From Chitinophagales bacterium (GTDB taxonomy: Bacteria > Bacteroidota > Bacteroidia > Chitinophagales > UBA10324): a stretch of 64,000 bases of DNA. The stretch's first letter is position 1. Every line of letters starts with the position of its first letter. A program made the position numbers and the translations under genes. The notes below the pieces were generated by a model, which was given only the letters and a program-made list of their open reading frames with translations, had not been told where the DNA came from and did not search any database. This document shows, piece by piece, positions 23,531 through 34,630 of the stretch. The stretch covers positions 129 to 64,128 of the forward strand of contig JBDHXV010000009.1 of assembly GCA_039810885.1 (NCBI GenBank), in the 5' to 3' direction.

Positions 23531-25345
23531 TTATTCCATCGATGCAGCAACCTTTGCCTGACGTTCACGTTCGTTGCGGTCTAAAAGTATCTTACGCAAA
23601 CGAATCGATTTTGGGGTAACCTCCACATATTCATCTTCCTGAATAAATTCCAGTGCTTCTTCCAATGAAAATTTAATCGCCGGAGCAATTCTTACGGCTG
23701 CATCTGTTCCCGAAGCACGCATATTCGTCAACTGCTTTGCTTTAACTATGTTGATGACTAAATCACCGGGACGTATATGCTCACCTAAAATTTGCCCGGC
23801 ATAGATTTCATCTCCCGGAGTTACAAAGAAAGAACCGCGATCTTGAAGTTTATCAATGCTATAGGCCGTAGATGACCCCTTTTCCATAGAAACAAGCACG
23901 CCATTATTACGCCCCGGAATATTACCCTTCCAAGGCTCATACGCTTTAAAACGGTGTGCTATGATGGCTTCACCGGCGGTTGCCGTTAATAAATTATTGC
24001 GCAGGCCAACCAATCCACGTGAGGGAATATCGAATTCCAGATGTTGATAGTCACCTTTGGGTTCCATCACCAGCAATTCTCCCTTACGTTGAGTCACTTG
24101 CTCGATTACCTTGCCCGCACTTTCCGAAGGCACATCTACTGTAAGCGATTCTATAGGCTCACATTTCACACCATCTATATCTTTTAGAATTACTTGAGGT
24201 TGCCCCACCTGCAATTCATAACCTTCGCGACGCATGGTTTCAATCAATACCGATAAGTGTAATATGCCGCGGCCATAAACGAGGATTGAATCGGGTGAAT
24301 CCGTGTTTTGAATTCGCATAGCAAGATTTTTTTCCAACTCTTTTTCTAAACGCTCTCGGATATGACGTGAGGTAACATATTTACCTTCCTTCCCAAAAAA
24401 CGGAGAATTGTTAATTGTAAATAACATACTCATGGTAGGCTCTTCGATAGCAATGGTGGGCAGTGCTTCGGGCTGCTCCGCATCCGCAAGCGTATCTCCT
24501 ATTTCAAAACCCTCAATACCTGTTACGGCAACGATTTCGCCAGACTGCGCAGATTGAATCTTAATTTTACCTAACCCCTCAAAGGCAAACAACTCTTTAA
24601 CTTTCTCCTTAGATTGTCCGTTGCGTTTCATCAATGTAATGGTTTGCCCTTCTTTTATTTCTCCCCGATATATTCTCCCTACGGCGATACGACCGGTGTA
24701 AGAGGAATAGTCCAAGCTAGTTACCTGCATTTGAAGTGTACCTTCATTAAAGGGTGCAGGGGGTATATAGCTGATTATCTTATCCAGCAGAGGAGTAATA
24801 TCGTTAGACGGGTTTTTCCAGTCCTCACTCATCCAGCCTTGCTTAGATGATCCATAAAGGGTAGGGAAGTGTAGTTGTTCCTCTGTGGCATCCAATTTAA
24901 AGAACAAATCAAAAACAGCTTCGTGTACTTCATCAGGTCGGCAGTTAGGCTTATCTACTTTATTAATAACTACGATAGCTTTTTTGCCGAGTTGAATTGC
25001 TTTTTGTAATACGAAGCGAGTTTGAGGCATTGGCCCTTCAAAGGCATCTACCAATAATAACACCCCATCGGCCATGTTCAAGACGCGCTCTACCTCTCCG
25101 CCAAAATCAGCGTGACCGGGAGTATCTATAATATTAATTTTTACATTATTATATCTTACCGAAACATTTTTTGCAAGAATGGTAATACCTCTCTCTCGCT
25201 CCAGTTCATTGTTATCTAAAATAAGTTCGTCCGTTTGCTGATTATCACGAAAGAGTTTGGATTGATGTAAGATTTTGTCAACCATTGTGGTTTTGCCGTG
25301 GTCAACGTGTGCTATTATGGCAATATTTCTAATGTTTTGGGACAT
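23531..25345 (-). CDS. typA: Translational GTPase TypA/BipA
   Basis: 604 aa. G1 AHVDHGKTT and G3 DTPGHADFGGEVER. EF-G-like domain order. Confidence 0.97.
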   Translation of the reverse strand: MSQNIRNIAIIAHVDHGKTTMVDKILHQSKLFRDNQQTDELILDNNELERERGITILAKNVSVRYNNVKINIIDTPGHADFGGEVERVLNMADGVLLLVDAFEGPMPQTRFVLQKAIQLGKKAIVVINKVDKPNCRPDEVHEAVFDLFFKLDATEEQLHFPTLYGSSKQGWMSEDWKNPSNDITPLLDKIISYIPPAPFNEGTLQMQVTSLDYSSYTGRIAVGRIYRGEIKEGQTITLMKRNGQSKEKVKELFAFEGLGKIKIQSAQSGEIVAVTGIEGFEIGDTLADAEQPEALPTIAIEEPTMSMLFTINNSPFFGKEGKYVTSRHIRERLEKELEKNLAMRIQNTDSPDSILVYGRGILHLSVLIETMRREGYELQVGQPQVILKDIDGVKCEPIESLTVDVPSESAGKVIEQVTQRKGELLVMEPKGDYQHLEFDIPSRGLVGLRNNLLTATAGEAIIAHRFKAYEPWKGNIPGRNNGVLVSMEKGSSTAYSIDKLQDRGSFFVTPGDEIYAGQILGEHIRPGDLVINIVKAKQLTNMRASGTDAAVRIAPAIKFSLEEALEFIQEDEYVEVTPKSIRLRKILLDRNERERQAKVAASME

Positions 25346-25713
25346 CCGTAATTTTTAAGAGGCGCAAAAGTAGGTTAAATAACTCGAAGTGCTTGTGTAT
25401 GATTGTAGTTTTCAAGCTATTAAATTAGTGGATCACTTTCCCATCACGTTTATTCAACGTGTTAATAGTTATTCTGATGGCTGTTTATTTCAGACAAAAG
25501 ATTTAAAGCACAAGGGCTACTTACTTATAGCTTTCCTTCGGCTTTTAGCTGATTGAACTTGTGTGAATATACGCTTTAGAATGCCGATGACTATTGGTAT
25601 CTATTAAAAAATCGTTTGTCGGCATGTTATCTTATTACAATCACAGGCTACCTTAAGGTTATCGAATCCGTTTTGATTCCAGGATAGAGGCTGGTCTATA
25701 AAAGCGTTTTATT

Positions 25714-28347
25714 CTATGTGGTCGTGTTCTGTTTTTGCGAATCTTCCTTCTCTTTGTACTCCATAATCATTTCTAGTACATCCGGAATCACGTCTAAGCA
25801 TATTGTAATGAACGAACCTTTCACGGCGTGATTCATTACATAATCAATTGCTTCGCGTTCGTTCGGTATTACCTTTAACGAAACCTTATTATTCACTTCG
25901 TTAATACCACTCACTATCAAATCAATAATCTCCTGCTCGGTACGTCCGCGAAGGTTTTTATCTTGCCTTATAACAATTTGATCAAAGGTGCGGGCTGCCA
26001 CTCGGCCTATGGCACGAATATCCTCATCTCTGCGGTCGCCAACGCCTGCAATGACGCCAACTTTTGGCTGTGCTTCCACCTTTTCAATATATTTTGAAAT
26101 GGCTTCCAGTCCATGAGCATTATGCGCATAATCTACCAACACGGTAAAATCTTTGAACCTGAAGATATTCATTCGTCCGGGTGTTTGTGAAGGTGAAGGA
26201 ATAAAGGTTTGCATAGCCATTTTAACATCTTCAATCTTAAATCCGTGAACAAACGCAGCTAACACGGAAGCCAGAATATTATAGATATTAAATGTAGCCC
26301 AACCACCGAATGTAAGTGGAATATTAGCAATCTTGTCCACGCGTATTTTCCATGTTCCTTTCAAAATCGTAATGAACCCATTTTCGGCAACTGCGGCAAT
26401 ACCACCGTTTCTGGTATGCTCCACGATGCGCGAGTTATTCTCGTTCATACTAAATAATGCAATGTTACACTCCACATTATTTTTCATGTTATAAACTAAG
26501 TCATCATCGGCATTTAAAATGGCATAACCATCAGGTTTTACGGTTTCGGGAACCACCCCCTTTACGCGAGCTAACTGTTCAACCGTATTGATTCCCATCA
26601 ACCCTAAATGATCGGGTGCAATATTGGTTACGATGGCAATATCGCAATGATGAAAACCAAGACCGCCACGTAAAATGCCGCCTCGAGCACACTCTAATAC
26701 AGCAAAGTCAACTGTAGGATCTTTCAGCACAAACTCTGTAGATATAGGTCCGGTACAATCTCCTTTCATTAACATTCGGTTCTGAATATAGATACCGTCC
26801 GTAGTCGTAAAACCCACTTTATGTCCCATAGATTTTACAATGTGAGCAGTCAGTCGGGTTGTTGTTGTTTTTCCATTAGTACCTGTTACGGCAATTATAG
26901 GAATGTGAGTAGATGACCCGGGAGGGTACAACATATCCACAACCGGCTCGGCTACATTACGTGCTAAACCTTCTGCAGGGCTAAGATGCATGCGAAACCC
27001 CGGTGCGGCATTTACTTCTAACACTGCACCGCCAATATCGGCAATGGGCTCACTCAGGTTGGGAGCCATAATATCAATACCGCAAATATCTAACCCTATG
27101 ATACGGGCAATACGCTCACACATAAAAATATTATCGGGGTGCACCAAATCAGTGACATCCGTGGCGGTGCCTCCTGTACTCAGGTTGGCGGTAGGCTTTA
27201 ACCATAACTCTTCTCTCGCAGGTAATACACTCTCAAGAGTCAAGTTCTTATCTTTTAATATTTTCTGGGTAACATCGTCTATTTTAATACTGGTGAGAAC
27301 TTTTTCGTGACCATACCCTCTACGCGGGTCGCTGTTCACAAGGTCAATTAATTGTTGTATCGTATGTACTCCGTCTCCAGTAACTGCTGCCGGTGTGCGG
27401 CGTGCAGAAGCAACAAATTTATAGTTAATAACGAGTACTCGATGATCTAACCCAACGATGTAGCGCTCTACAATGATAGCGCGAGAGTATTTCTTCGCAA
27501 GGTTAAAACCGATTAACGCAGACTCCCAATCAATAATGTTTGTTGTGGCTCCTTTTCCATGATTTCCATCAACGGGCTTCGTTACAATCGGATAGCCGAT
27601 GCGCTCAACAGCATATTTTAAATCATCTTCATCATAACAGATACGGCCCTTTGGAACGGGAATTTCAGCAGCCTCCAATAAATTTTTTGTATCTTCTTTG
27701 TCACAGGCTAATTCGACGGCAATGCTGCTGGTTGTGCTGGCAACTGTTGCTTGTATTCTTTTTTGGTTCATTCCATAACCTAGTTGAACTAAGGAGTGTT
27801 TATTTAAACGTATATATGGGATATCGCGTGCGGCAGCCACTTCTACAATAGATCCGGTACTTGGTCCAAGTCGTTCATCTTCACGAATTTCACGTAACTT
27901 TTGTATATCTTCTTCAAGGGAATAGACCTTATCATCTACCAAAGATTGGGCTATTTGTACTGATGCTTTTGCGGTGTAAACTCCGGCTTTCTCTTCCATA
28001 TATTCAAAGACTACAAAGTAGATACCCGGTGTATCGGTTTCTCGAGTACGTCCAAAACCGGTATCCATTCCGGCAAGCGTTTGCAGTTCTAAGGCAATGT
28101 GTTCAACAACGTGACCCATCCAAGTACCCTCTTCGACACGTTTGTAGAATCCGCCGGGAGTTCCTTCACTGCAACGGTGTTCGTAAAGAGAAGGCATTAA
28201 TTTTTTTAATCGATCGAGAAAACCCGGAATCTTATTCGTTGGCAATTGTTCGAGTTCTTGCAAATCAAGACGCATTACAATTAGTTTATGACGGCGGATA
28301 GACCAGTAATTGGGACCTTTCATCACGCGTATATCAACAATTTTCAT
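25714..28347 (-). CDS. cphA: Cyanophycin synthetase
   Basis: 877 aa. Characteristic N-terminus MKI..IRVM.GPNYWS, central ATP-grasp domain, C-terminal Mur-ligase-like domain with a GTNGKTTT P-loop. Confidence 0.93.
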   Translation of the reverse strand: MKIVDIRVMKGPNYWSIRRHKLIVMRLDLQELEQLPTNKIPGFLDRLKKLMPSLYEHRCSEGTPGGFYKRVEEGTWMGHVVEHIALELQTLAGMDTGFGRTRETDTPGIYFVVFEYMEEKAGVYTAKASVQIAQSLVDDKVYSLEEDIQKLREIREDERLGPSTGSIVEVAAARDIPYIRLNKHSLVQLGYGMNQKRIQATVASTTSSIAVELACDKEDTKNLLEAAEIPVPKGRICYDEDDLKYAVERIGYPIVTKPVDGNHGKGATTNIIDWESALIGFNLAKKYSRAIIVERYIVGLDHRVLVINYKFVASARRTPAAVTGDGVHTIQQLIDLVNSDPRRGYGHEKVLTSIKIDDVTQKILKDKNLTLESVLPAREELWLKPTANLSTGGTATDVTDLVHPDNIFMCERIARIIGLDICGIDIMAPNLSEPIADIGGAVLEVNAAPGFRMHLSPAEGLARNVAEPVVDMLYPPGSSTHIPIIAVTGTNGKTTTTRLTAHIVKSMGHKVGFTTTDGIYIQNRMLMKGDCTGPISTEFVLKDPTVDFAVLECARGGILRGGLGFHHCDIAIVTNIAPDHLGLMGINTVEQLARVKGVVPETVKPDGYAILNADDDLVYNMKNNVECNIALFSMNENNSRIVEHTRNGGIAAVAENGFITILKGTWKIRVDKIANIPLTFGGWATFNIYNILASVLAAFVHGFKIEDVKMAMQTFIPSPSQTPGRMNIFRFKDFTVLVDYAHNAHGLEAISKYIEKVEAQPKVGVIAGVGDRRDEDIRAIGRVAARTFDQIVIRQDKNLRGRTEQEIIDLIVSGINEVNNKVSLKVIPNEREAIDYVMNHAVKGSFITICLDVIPDVLEMIMEYKEKEDSQKQNTTT

Positions 28348-28546
28348 AAATAATCTTTTGCGGAAATATAGATGGAATTGTGGGATTGTACAAAAACGAT
28401 TTTAGGGTTATATCGCCACGTAAATTGAATAGGTATTAGCGCTTAAATAGTCAGATGAATTAGAGCACCTCATCTTTAATAAAGAAGCCACCGAATCAAT
28501 AACTCAGTGGCTTTAGATGTGTAGGAGTATGCGGTATTTTGGTGAA

Positions 28547-29266
28547 TTATTTCAACACCTTAATTAAGTCTTCTTTACTGATATATCCAACTTGATTCCA
28601 AACTTGTTTACCGGCCTTAAATAACTGCAGTGTTGGCAGTGCATCCACTTTTAATTCACTCAGTAAGTCTTTGTTCTCATCCGCATTAATTCGAACTACA
28701 GTTACACGGTCTCCCATAGTAGAATTAATTTCGTCCAGGTAGGGTTTCATCTTCTTGCACGGTGCACACCAATCTGCGTAAAAATCTACAAGTATGATCT
28801 TGTCAGAAGTGGTGATGGACTTGAATTGTGACATCGTCATTCCGCTTGTTTTCGTGGAAATTGTCTTTTCCGTTGTTTCGGGCAAATTAGCTGCGCGCCA
28901 TTTCATAATGCCGCCTTGCAATTCATATACTTCTTTAAAGCCTTGTTTGCGTAAATACTCGGCAGCTTCTGCACTTCGTCCGCCACTTAGACAATAGACG
29001 AGAATGGGTTTTGATTTATCCAACTTAGAAGTTTCACTATTGAAGTTGTCTCCGTTCCAATCTATGTTTATAGAATTTAAAAGATGCCCCTTGCTATATT
29101 CTCCGGGCGTGCGCACATCGAGAAGCGGTGCTTGAGGTAAGTCTTTAATTTTTTGAGCAAACTCGTTTGCATTAAGGTTCGTCTTAATTTGATTTTGCTG
29201 TCCGTTAGAGCAACTACTGACTAGGAGTGATGCCCAAGTAAATAAGATGAGGAGAGTCTTGTTCAT
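28547..29266 (-). CDS. Rhodanese-thioredoxin fusion lipoprotein
   Basis: Lipoprotein signal (LLVSSCS), rhodanese active-site loop (YCLSGGRS) and a thioredoxin WCAPCK motif. Start placed at the ATG at 29266; the track ORF extends to 29371. Confidence 0.8.
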   Translation of the reverse strand: MNKTLLILFTWASLLVSSCSNGQQNQIKTNLNANEFAQKIKDLPQAPLLDVRTPGEYSKGHLLNSINIDWNGDNFNSETSKLDKSKPILVYCLSGGRSAEAAEYLRKQGFKEVYELQGGIMKWRAANLPETTEKTISTKTSGMTMSQFKSITTSDKIILVDFYADWCAPCKKMKPYLDEINSTMGDRVTVVRINADENKDLLSELKVDALPTLQLFKAGKQVWNQVGYISKEDLIKVLK

Positions 29267-29408
29267 TACAGAATGATAGGTTTTATACAAAGGTAAGATT
29301 GCTTTCATGGATAAGTGCTGAAATTGTTTTCGGTCTGCTATATTAAGATGAAGTAGAAGAATGATTATCAACTTTAGTTACAAGTCGCGATCTTTTGTAA
29401 AAAAGAAA

Positions 29409-31040
29409 TCAAACACTCATGTATTCCTCCAATATATTGGACCATGCTTTGTGTGCGGAATAGATTTCTCGATAAAGATTCATCAATGAAGAAATCTCCG
29501 CTTCGGAAATTTGACCCCGTTGCAAAGATTGCAGTGACTCATGAAGCATTTTATCATACTCCTCTTGTATAGGTTGCTGAATGATGTTATGTATTGGCTG
29601 AGGCCATTGTGCCGTTGGCATGGCAATTATTTTTTCATATTTATTTATGAATGATTCTTCTGCTCGTTGGAGGATTACAAATCGTTCAAACATCACATCA
29701 TTAGTTGAGTTTTCTAATTCTTCCAGATTATGTTTTATATCCTTAATGTTTTTTGCTGCACGTAACGTATTTCGTGCTATTTCTATAGCGTGAACTAATC
29801 GGGCATTTGCATCTTTATCTTGAATTAATGGAGATAGGCGTGTAATGTATTTAAGAACCTCACCATGCAATATTTTTAATCGGGCATATTGTACTTCGTA
29901 ATTTGCATCTCCTTGTTTGTGTATTGTGGTGAAAATGGAAAGTTGTCGCTCGTCTTGTTCTAAATGAAAGGCTATTCGCTGTATTCGCAATGCTTCATGT
30001 ATCAAATGCTGCAACTCTTTATAGAGCGCGCTTATTGCCTGGTCTATATCTTCCACATCAACATTATGAAGATATTTTGTCAATCTATCGCGATCATCGG
30101 TTTGAAAATGATGCTGTATCCAATCAGCATAATATCCTATAAATGGGTAGGCGATGATTATTGCGAGCAGGTTGATACCACTCTGTAAGAATACTAAAGC
30201 AATAAGCGGATCGGAAATAATAAGCACGTCAAGGATCAGCCACGTAAGCGGGTAAAGTAAAACTGCAGAAATTATTAACGTGAATAGATTAAAATAGAAG
30301 TTACCGAAGGCAACGCGACGTTTATCAATGCTTCCGGCCAATCCTCCAAAAACAACCTTAATGCTTGTTCCCAGTTCAGAACCGATAACAATGCCTGCTG
30401 CATGAATAAAGTCTATGCTGCCTATATGGATTGCTGTTAACGTTATGACCATCATAGCAGAACTGCTTTGTATCAATGCTGTTAGCAGAAAACCTATAAT
30501 AATAAATAGATAAGGAGAATAGTGATTTAGCAGATTGAAGGAGACAAGGCTCATCAGATTCATTGCACTGGTTTTCATCCATTCTATACTGATAAAAAGA
30601 AGAGAGAAGCCAATTGTAAAGTGGACAATGCCTTTAATAAAATTATTCTTTAAAAAGAATAAACCGAACAGAGACATACCTAAAATCGGATAAGTGATAT
30701 ACTCCAAATTCATTTTAAAACCTAGAAATACAATAATCCAATTACTCAGAGTAGTACCCAGATTTGCTCCCATCATTACAGACAGGGCGTGTTTCATAGA
30801 CAAAATACCCGCGCCCACAAAAGCCAATACAGTTAGATTAACAATAGAGCTGCTTTGTAATACAGCGGTAACCAAGGCGCCTCCACTGATAGCTTTTAAC
30901 TTAGATGAGGTTTGCTTTTCTAAAAATTTCTTAAGTGATCTGCCGGCCAACTGCTTTAAAGAAGCCTCCAATAATCCCATTGCATACACGAATAGTGCTA
31001 AGCCGGCTAGGAAATGCCAAACAGATAAATGCGGTGACAA
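29409..31040 (-). CDS. Na/Pi cotransporter family protein (NptA/PhoU-like C-terminus)
   Basis: 543 aa. Duplicated Na_Pi_cotrans TM repeats (GANLGTT / GSELGTS) and a helical cytoplasmic tail. TTG start. Confidence 0.82.
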   Translation of the reverse strand: MSPHLSVWHFLAGLALFVYAMGLLEASLKQLAGRSLKKFLEKQTSSKLKAISGGALVTAVLQSSSIVNLTVLAFVGAGILSMKHALSVMMGANLGTTLSNWIIVFLGFKMNLEYITYPILGMSLFGLFFLKNNFIKGIVHFTIGFSLLFISIEWMKTSAMNLMSLVSFNLLNHYSPYLFIIIGFLLTALIQSSSAMMVITLTAIHIGSIDFIHAAGIVIGSELGTSIKVVFGGLAGSIDKRRVAFGNFYFNLFTLIISAVLLYPLTWLILDVLIISDPLIALVFLQSGINLLAIIIAYPFIGYYADWIQHHFQTDDRDRLTKYLHNVDVEDIDQAISALYKELQHLIHEALRIQRIAFHLEQDERQLSIFTTIHKQGDANYEVQYARLKILHGEVLKYITRLSPLIQDKDANARLVHAIEIARNTLRAAKNIKDIKHNLEELENSTNDVMFERFVILQRAEESFINKYEKIIAMPTAQWPQPIHNIIQQPIQEEYDKMLHESLQSLQRGQISEAEISSLMNLYREIYSAHKAWSNILEEYMSV

Positions 31041-31046
31041 AAAGAA

Positions 31047-31466
31047 TTATTTTTTTAATAGTACTCCTGACATAAATAGTACCCAGCCGAGTATAAAAAA
31101 TATTCCACCAACAGGAGTGATCAGATAAAACCAAGTAGGGTAGGTTATCTGCATAAGATCTTTTGTTGCAGTCAGGTAGATACTTCCGGAAAAGAAACAA
31201 ATTCCAATAAAAAAAGAAACAAAAGCAAATGGTAATCTATGCCGGCTATGAATGAATTGTACGAGCAACCCTATTATCATCATAGCGAGTGCATGATACA
31301 TCTGATAACGGACTCCGGTGTCGAAACTATTGAACTGTTCAGGAGTTAATTGTGGTCGCAATTTATGAGCCCCCAAAGCTCCAAGAATTACTGATGTTAC
31401 GGCAAAAAATGCCCCTGTCAATAATATAGTTCGCTGTTGTGTTTGATTTGTGGAAACCATGTTCAT
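31047..31466 (-). CDS. DUF423 domain-containing membrane protein
   Basis: 139 aa, four TM helices, LGALGAH motif. Confidence 0.8.
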   Translation of the reverse strand: MNMVSTNQTQQRTILLTGAFFAVTSVILGALGAHKLRPQLTPEQFNSFDTGVRYQMYHALAMMIIGLLVQFIHSRHRLPFAFVSFFIGICFFSGSIYLTATKDLMQITYPTWFYLITPVGGIFFILGWVLFMSGVLLKK

Positions 31467-31510
31467 TTAAAGTTGGCAGTGAAATTAGTTTTGTCGAAGG
31501 ATAATAAGTA

Positions 31511-34162
31511 ATGAAAAAGAAATATATTTTCTTGACAGGCTTTGTTGTTGCTGCTACTATTGTAGCATTTTACTTCTATGATATCATTTATTTGATATCG
31601 AGGAAGGATATGCGTTTACGTGCTGTGCCTATACATACAGCCTTTTTTGCAGATATTCAAAACTGGGATGAAATTCAAAAGTCAGCGATGCAATATGGCT
31701 TTGATCGAGCTGCAATGCAATTAAATATTTTTCAAAAGGTCTTAGAAACAGAAGGAGTATTAAAACAATTGCAATTAAAAGATAATCCTTTTATTACCGA
31801 TATGCATCAAGGAAAATTTTTAATTTCCTACCATGTCACCAAACCAGGATATACAGAAAGTTTATTAGTGCTTGAGTTGAAAAATGCGAAAAGTCCCGCT
31901 CTGAAAGAGTTGATGAGTACACAAGCTACTTTTACATCGGAAGCACGAAAAGTACGTGGAGAAGAAGTTTGGGATGTTAGTTTTGGAAATACTTATGGAC
32001 GATGGACATTAACAATAACACATGGTGTTTTATTAATGAGTCATGATCCCTCCCTGGTGGAAGATGGACTGTTGCAACTGAAAGATAATGTTTCGATATA
32101 TACAGATGGTACATTTAGGCAGATTCCCGATACACAAATTCCCTATGTGCATTTGTATTATCATTTCTCTAATCTGAGTTCTGCAGCACAGGCGTTTGCC
32201 GATAAGTCAGCATTTATACTGTCACAACCCATTAGTCGCTTCGCTGATTGGATGGGTGTTAACTTATCCATCAATCAAAACGGAATCGGGCTGAATGGCC
32301 AAGCCACCGTAAATGATAAAGAGTTAAGATTCCTGAATGATTTTGCATTTAATAATAAAGTGAAATTCTATCCTTTGGCTCAGAAACCTGAAAATACAGC
32401 ACTTCTCATGAGTGCCATCTTACGCCGTCGAGATAGTAAAGATATGTTGAAATCAAGCCCTGTATTAAGCTTACCGGAATTTCAAACTTATGTGTTACCC
32501 TGGTTTGATGAAGAAGCCACTTTTGTATTAACCGAACCTGTAGGCTCAAACTATGATGCACACAGTTTACTTTTTCTCAAATCAAAAACAAGTGGAAGAC
32601 CTTATGAAACTTTAAAACCGTTATTTGTAAATACAGATGAAGCCAACAATCGATTTCCGTTAAACTATAAAGGAAATATTATATGCAAGTTAAATACAGC
32701 CGGTTGGTATGGTATGTTATTACCCAATCCCTTCACCGAAATGCTTTCCCCATATATCTTATTCACGAATGACTATGTCGTGCTTGCTAACTCACTTACT
32801 CAACTCAAACTCTATGTCGAACGTTTGAATGATAAAAAGACATTGGATAAAACTATTATTCCCGGAATGAACACCTCATCTTTCACTACAGGTTCTTTCG
32901 TTGTATATACCAACCTTCCGTTATTGAACGATTTGGTAGAAAATAGTGTAAGCAAGGAGTTTGCTGCATCATTTTCAAATGAGTACAATCAGATAGCGAA
33001 GTGGTCTCCTCTATTATTAGAATACAATTATGAGGATGCCGGCACATTTAAGGTAAGCGGTGTAATAGTTAACAAAACATCGCAAGCTCCTTCCGAAAGC
33101 AATTATCTGTGGAAAACAGAATTGGATACTCTTGCTGCATCACCGCCCTATGTGGTTATAGATAAACAGGGCAAAGAAAAAAGAGTCTTGGTGCAAGATG
33201 TCAACAATAAGTTATATATGATTAATCGTGCCGGCGATATTGTGTGGCGTAGAAATATTAATTCTCCTCTTAAAGGAGAAATTAGAACGATTGATTTTTA
33301 CAAGAATAATGAATACCAAATCATGCTTGCAACGGAAGATAAAATATACGTGATGGATGAGAGCGGGAATGATCTGCCTAATTTCCCAATAACCTTACCA
33401 TTCAAAGCCGTTACAGGTCTAAGCGTTTTTGACCCCGATGGGAGTCGAAACTACCTCTATTTTATAGGATGCGAAAACGGATACTACTATGGCTATGAAA
33501 AAAGTGGAAGACCATTAAGTGGATGGAATCCTAATCCCAATGGTAAGAATATTGCAATGCCTGTTTCATACTATCACTTTAAGAACAAGGAGTTTTTTAT
33601 GCTTATTACGGGCAACGGAATATTGAAATTATATTCACGCTATGGTAAGGAAGTCTATAAAGAATTAAAAACAAATACGGTATTAACTCGTCCCTTTGTA
33701 AGCGTAAACAATAAAGGCTTTGTAACATGCAATCCAAGCGGAGAAACATTCTTCTTAGGATATGATGGCAAGCTGATAAAAACGAATGCCCTTATTCCTG
33801 ATTGTTTGGATGCGATGTACGCAAACCTTACCTCTTTGGATGTGCCGGATTTGATTTGCCTTACACCTAAAGATGTTAGTGTTTATCGCTATGATTCGAC
33901 CTTTATCTTTCGTTACAACTTCAAGTCTATGTTATCCGATGCTTCTATGTCTATGTTAAATGGTATAGATATTCAGCCTTGTGTGATTGTAAACGACCAC
34001 GATATGATTTTTCCGATTAATACAAAAGGAGAACTAGCCAAGCACTTCCCTAAAAAAGGCATGAATGTATTTGTAGGTACTGATTTATATAATAATGGCG
34101 CAGAGGTTCTAATCGGATTATTAGATGAATCTACAATAGTGACCTACCCTGTAGAGTGGTAG
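31511..34162 (+). CDS. Hypothetical membrane-anchored protein with C-terminal beta-propeller-like repeats
   Basis: 883 aa. One N-terminal TM helix. The C-terminal third has repeated strand-turn units resembling PQQ/FG-GAP-like blades. No confident family assignment. Confidence 0.5.
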   Translation: MKKKYIFLTGFVVAATIVAFYFYDIIYLISRKDMRLRAVPIHTAFFADIQNWDEIQKSAMQYGFDRAAMQLNIFQKVLETEGVLKQLQLKDNPFITDMHQGKFLISYHVTKPGYTESLLVLELKNAKSPALKELMSTQATFTSEARKVRGEEVWDVSFGNTYGRWTLTITHGVLLMSHDPSLVEDGLLQLKDNVSIYTDGTFRQIPDTQIPYVHLYYHFSNLSSAAQAFADKSAFILSQPISRFADWMGVNLSINQNGIGLNGQATVNDKELRFLNDFAFNNKVKFYPLAQKPENTALLMSAILRRRDSKDMLKSSPVLSLPEFQTYVLPWFDEEATFVLTEPVGSNYDAHSLLFLKSKTSGRPYETLKPLFVNTDEANNRFPLNYKGNIICKLNTAGWYGMLLPNPFTEMLSPYILFTNDYVVLANSLTQLKLYVERLNDKKTLDKTIIPGMNTSSFTTGSFVVYTNLPLLNDLVENSVSKEFAASFSNEYNQIAKWSPLLLEYNYEDAGTFKVSGVIVNKTSQAPSESNYLWKTELDTLAASPPYVVIDKQGKEKRVLVQDVNNKLYMINRAGDIVWRRNINSPLKGEIRTIDFYKNNEYQIMLATEDKIYVMDESGNDLPNFPITLPFKAVTGLSVFDPDGSRNYLYFIGCENGYYYGYEKSGRPLSGWNPNPNGKNIAMPVSYYHFKNKEFFMLITGNGILKLYSRYGKEVYKELKTNTVLTRPFVSVNNKGFVTCNPSGETFFLGYDGKLIKTNALIPDCLDAMYANLTSLDVPDLICLTPKDVSVYRYDSTFIFRYNFKSMLSDASMSMLNGIDIQPCVIVNDHDMIFPINTKGELAKHFPKKGMNVFVGTDLYNNGAEVLIGLLDESTIVTYPVEW

Positions 34163-34630
34163 CGCCTTTTTTAAATTATACTTGCTTTTGTATAGCAGGT
34201 ATTCTATATGCGAGCATTAATTTAATTTATGATAGATGAAAAGTTAGGTTATGTTGCAAATAAGTGTCGCATCCTCAATCTGCTGAATAATACACACCAT
34301 ATAAAGTAATATATAATGTAAACTTTATTTGTATGAGTTGCGCAACCTTTATGAAATAAGATTAATATAGTTAACTCAGGCTTTAAGTTCTCCTTGACAT
34401 AATCAACTAGTGATGTTATAGGCTGTGTCTATCTGAACTAACACGGATCTCTGAAAATTGCAGATACCAGTGCTCAGAATGCTCTATGAAAGAACTTGGT
34501 TAGCAGGATAAGAAACAAATATTATGTTCGATCAACTTACTCAGTAACTCAGTAGTTTGGTTTAACTCCTAATTAATCCATAGCCGGTATTAATTGAAAT
34601 ATATAAGCGCATAAAAAATTGAGAAACAGT

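Noticed and set aside
25346-25713. 368-nt spacer between typA and cphA containing the hairpin ATGCCGA...TCGGCAT.
   Set aside because: It is consistent with a cphA terminator plus the typA promoter region. No further structure or coding potential was seen.
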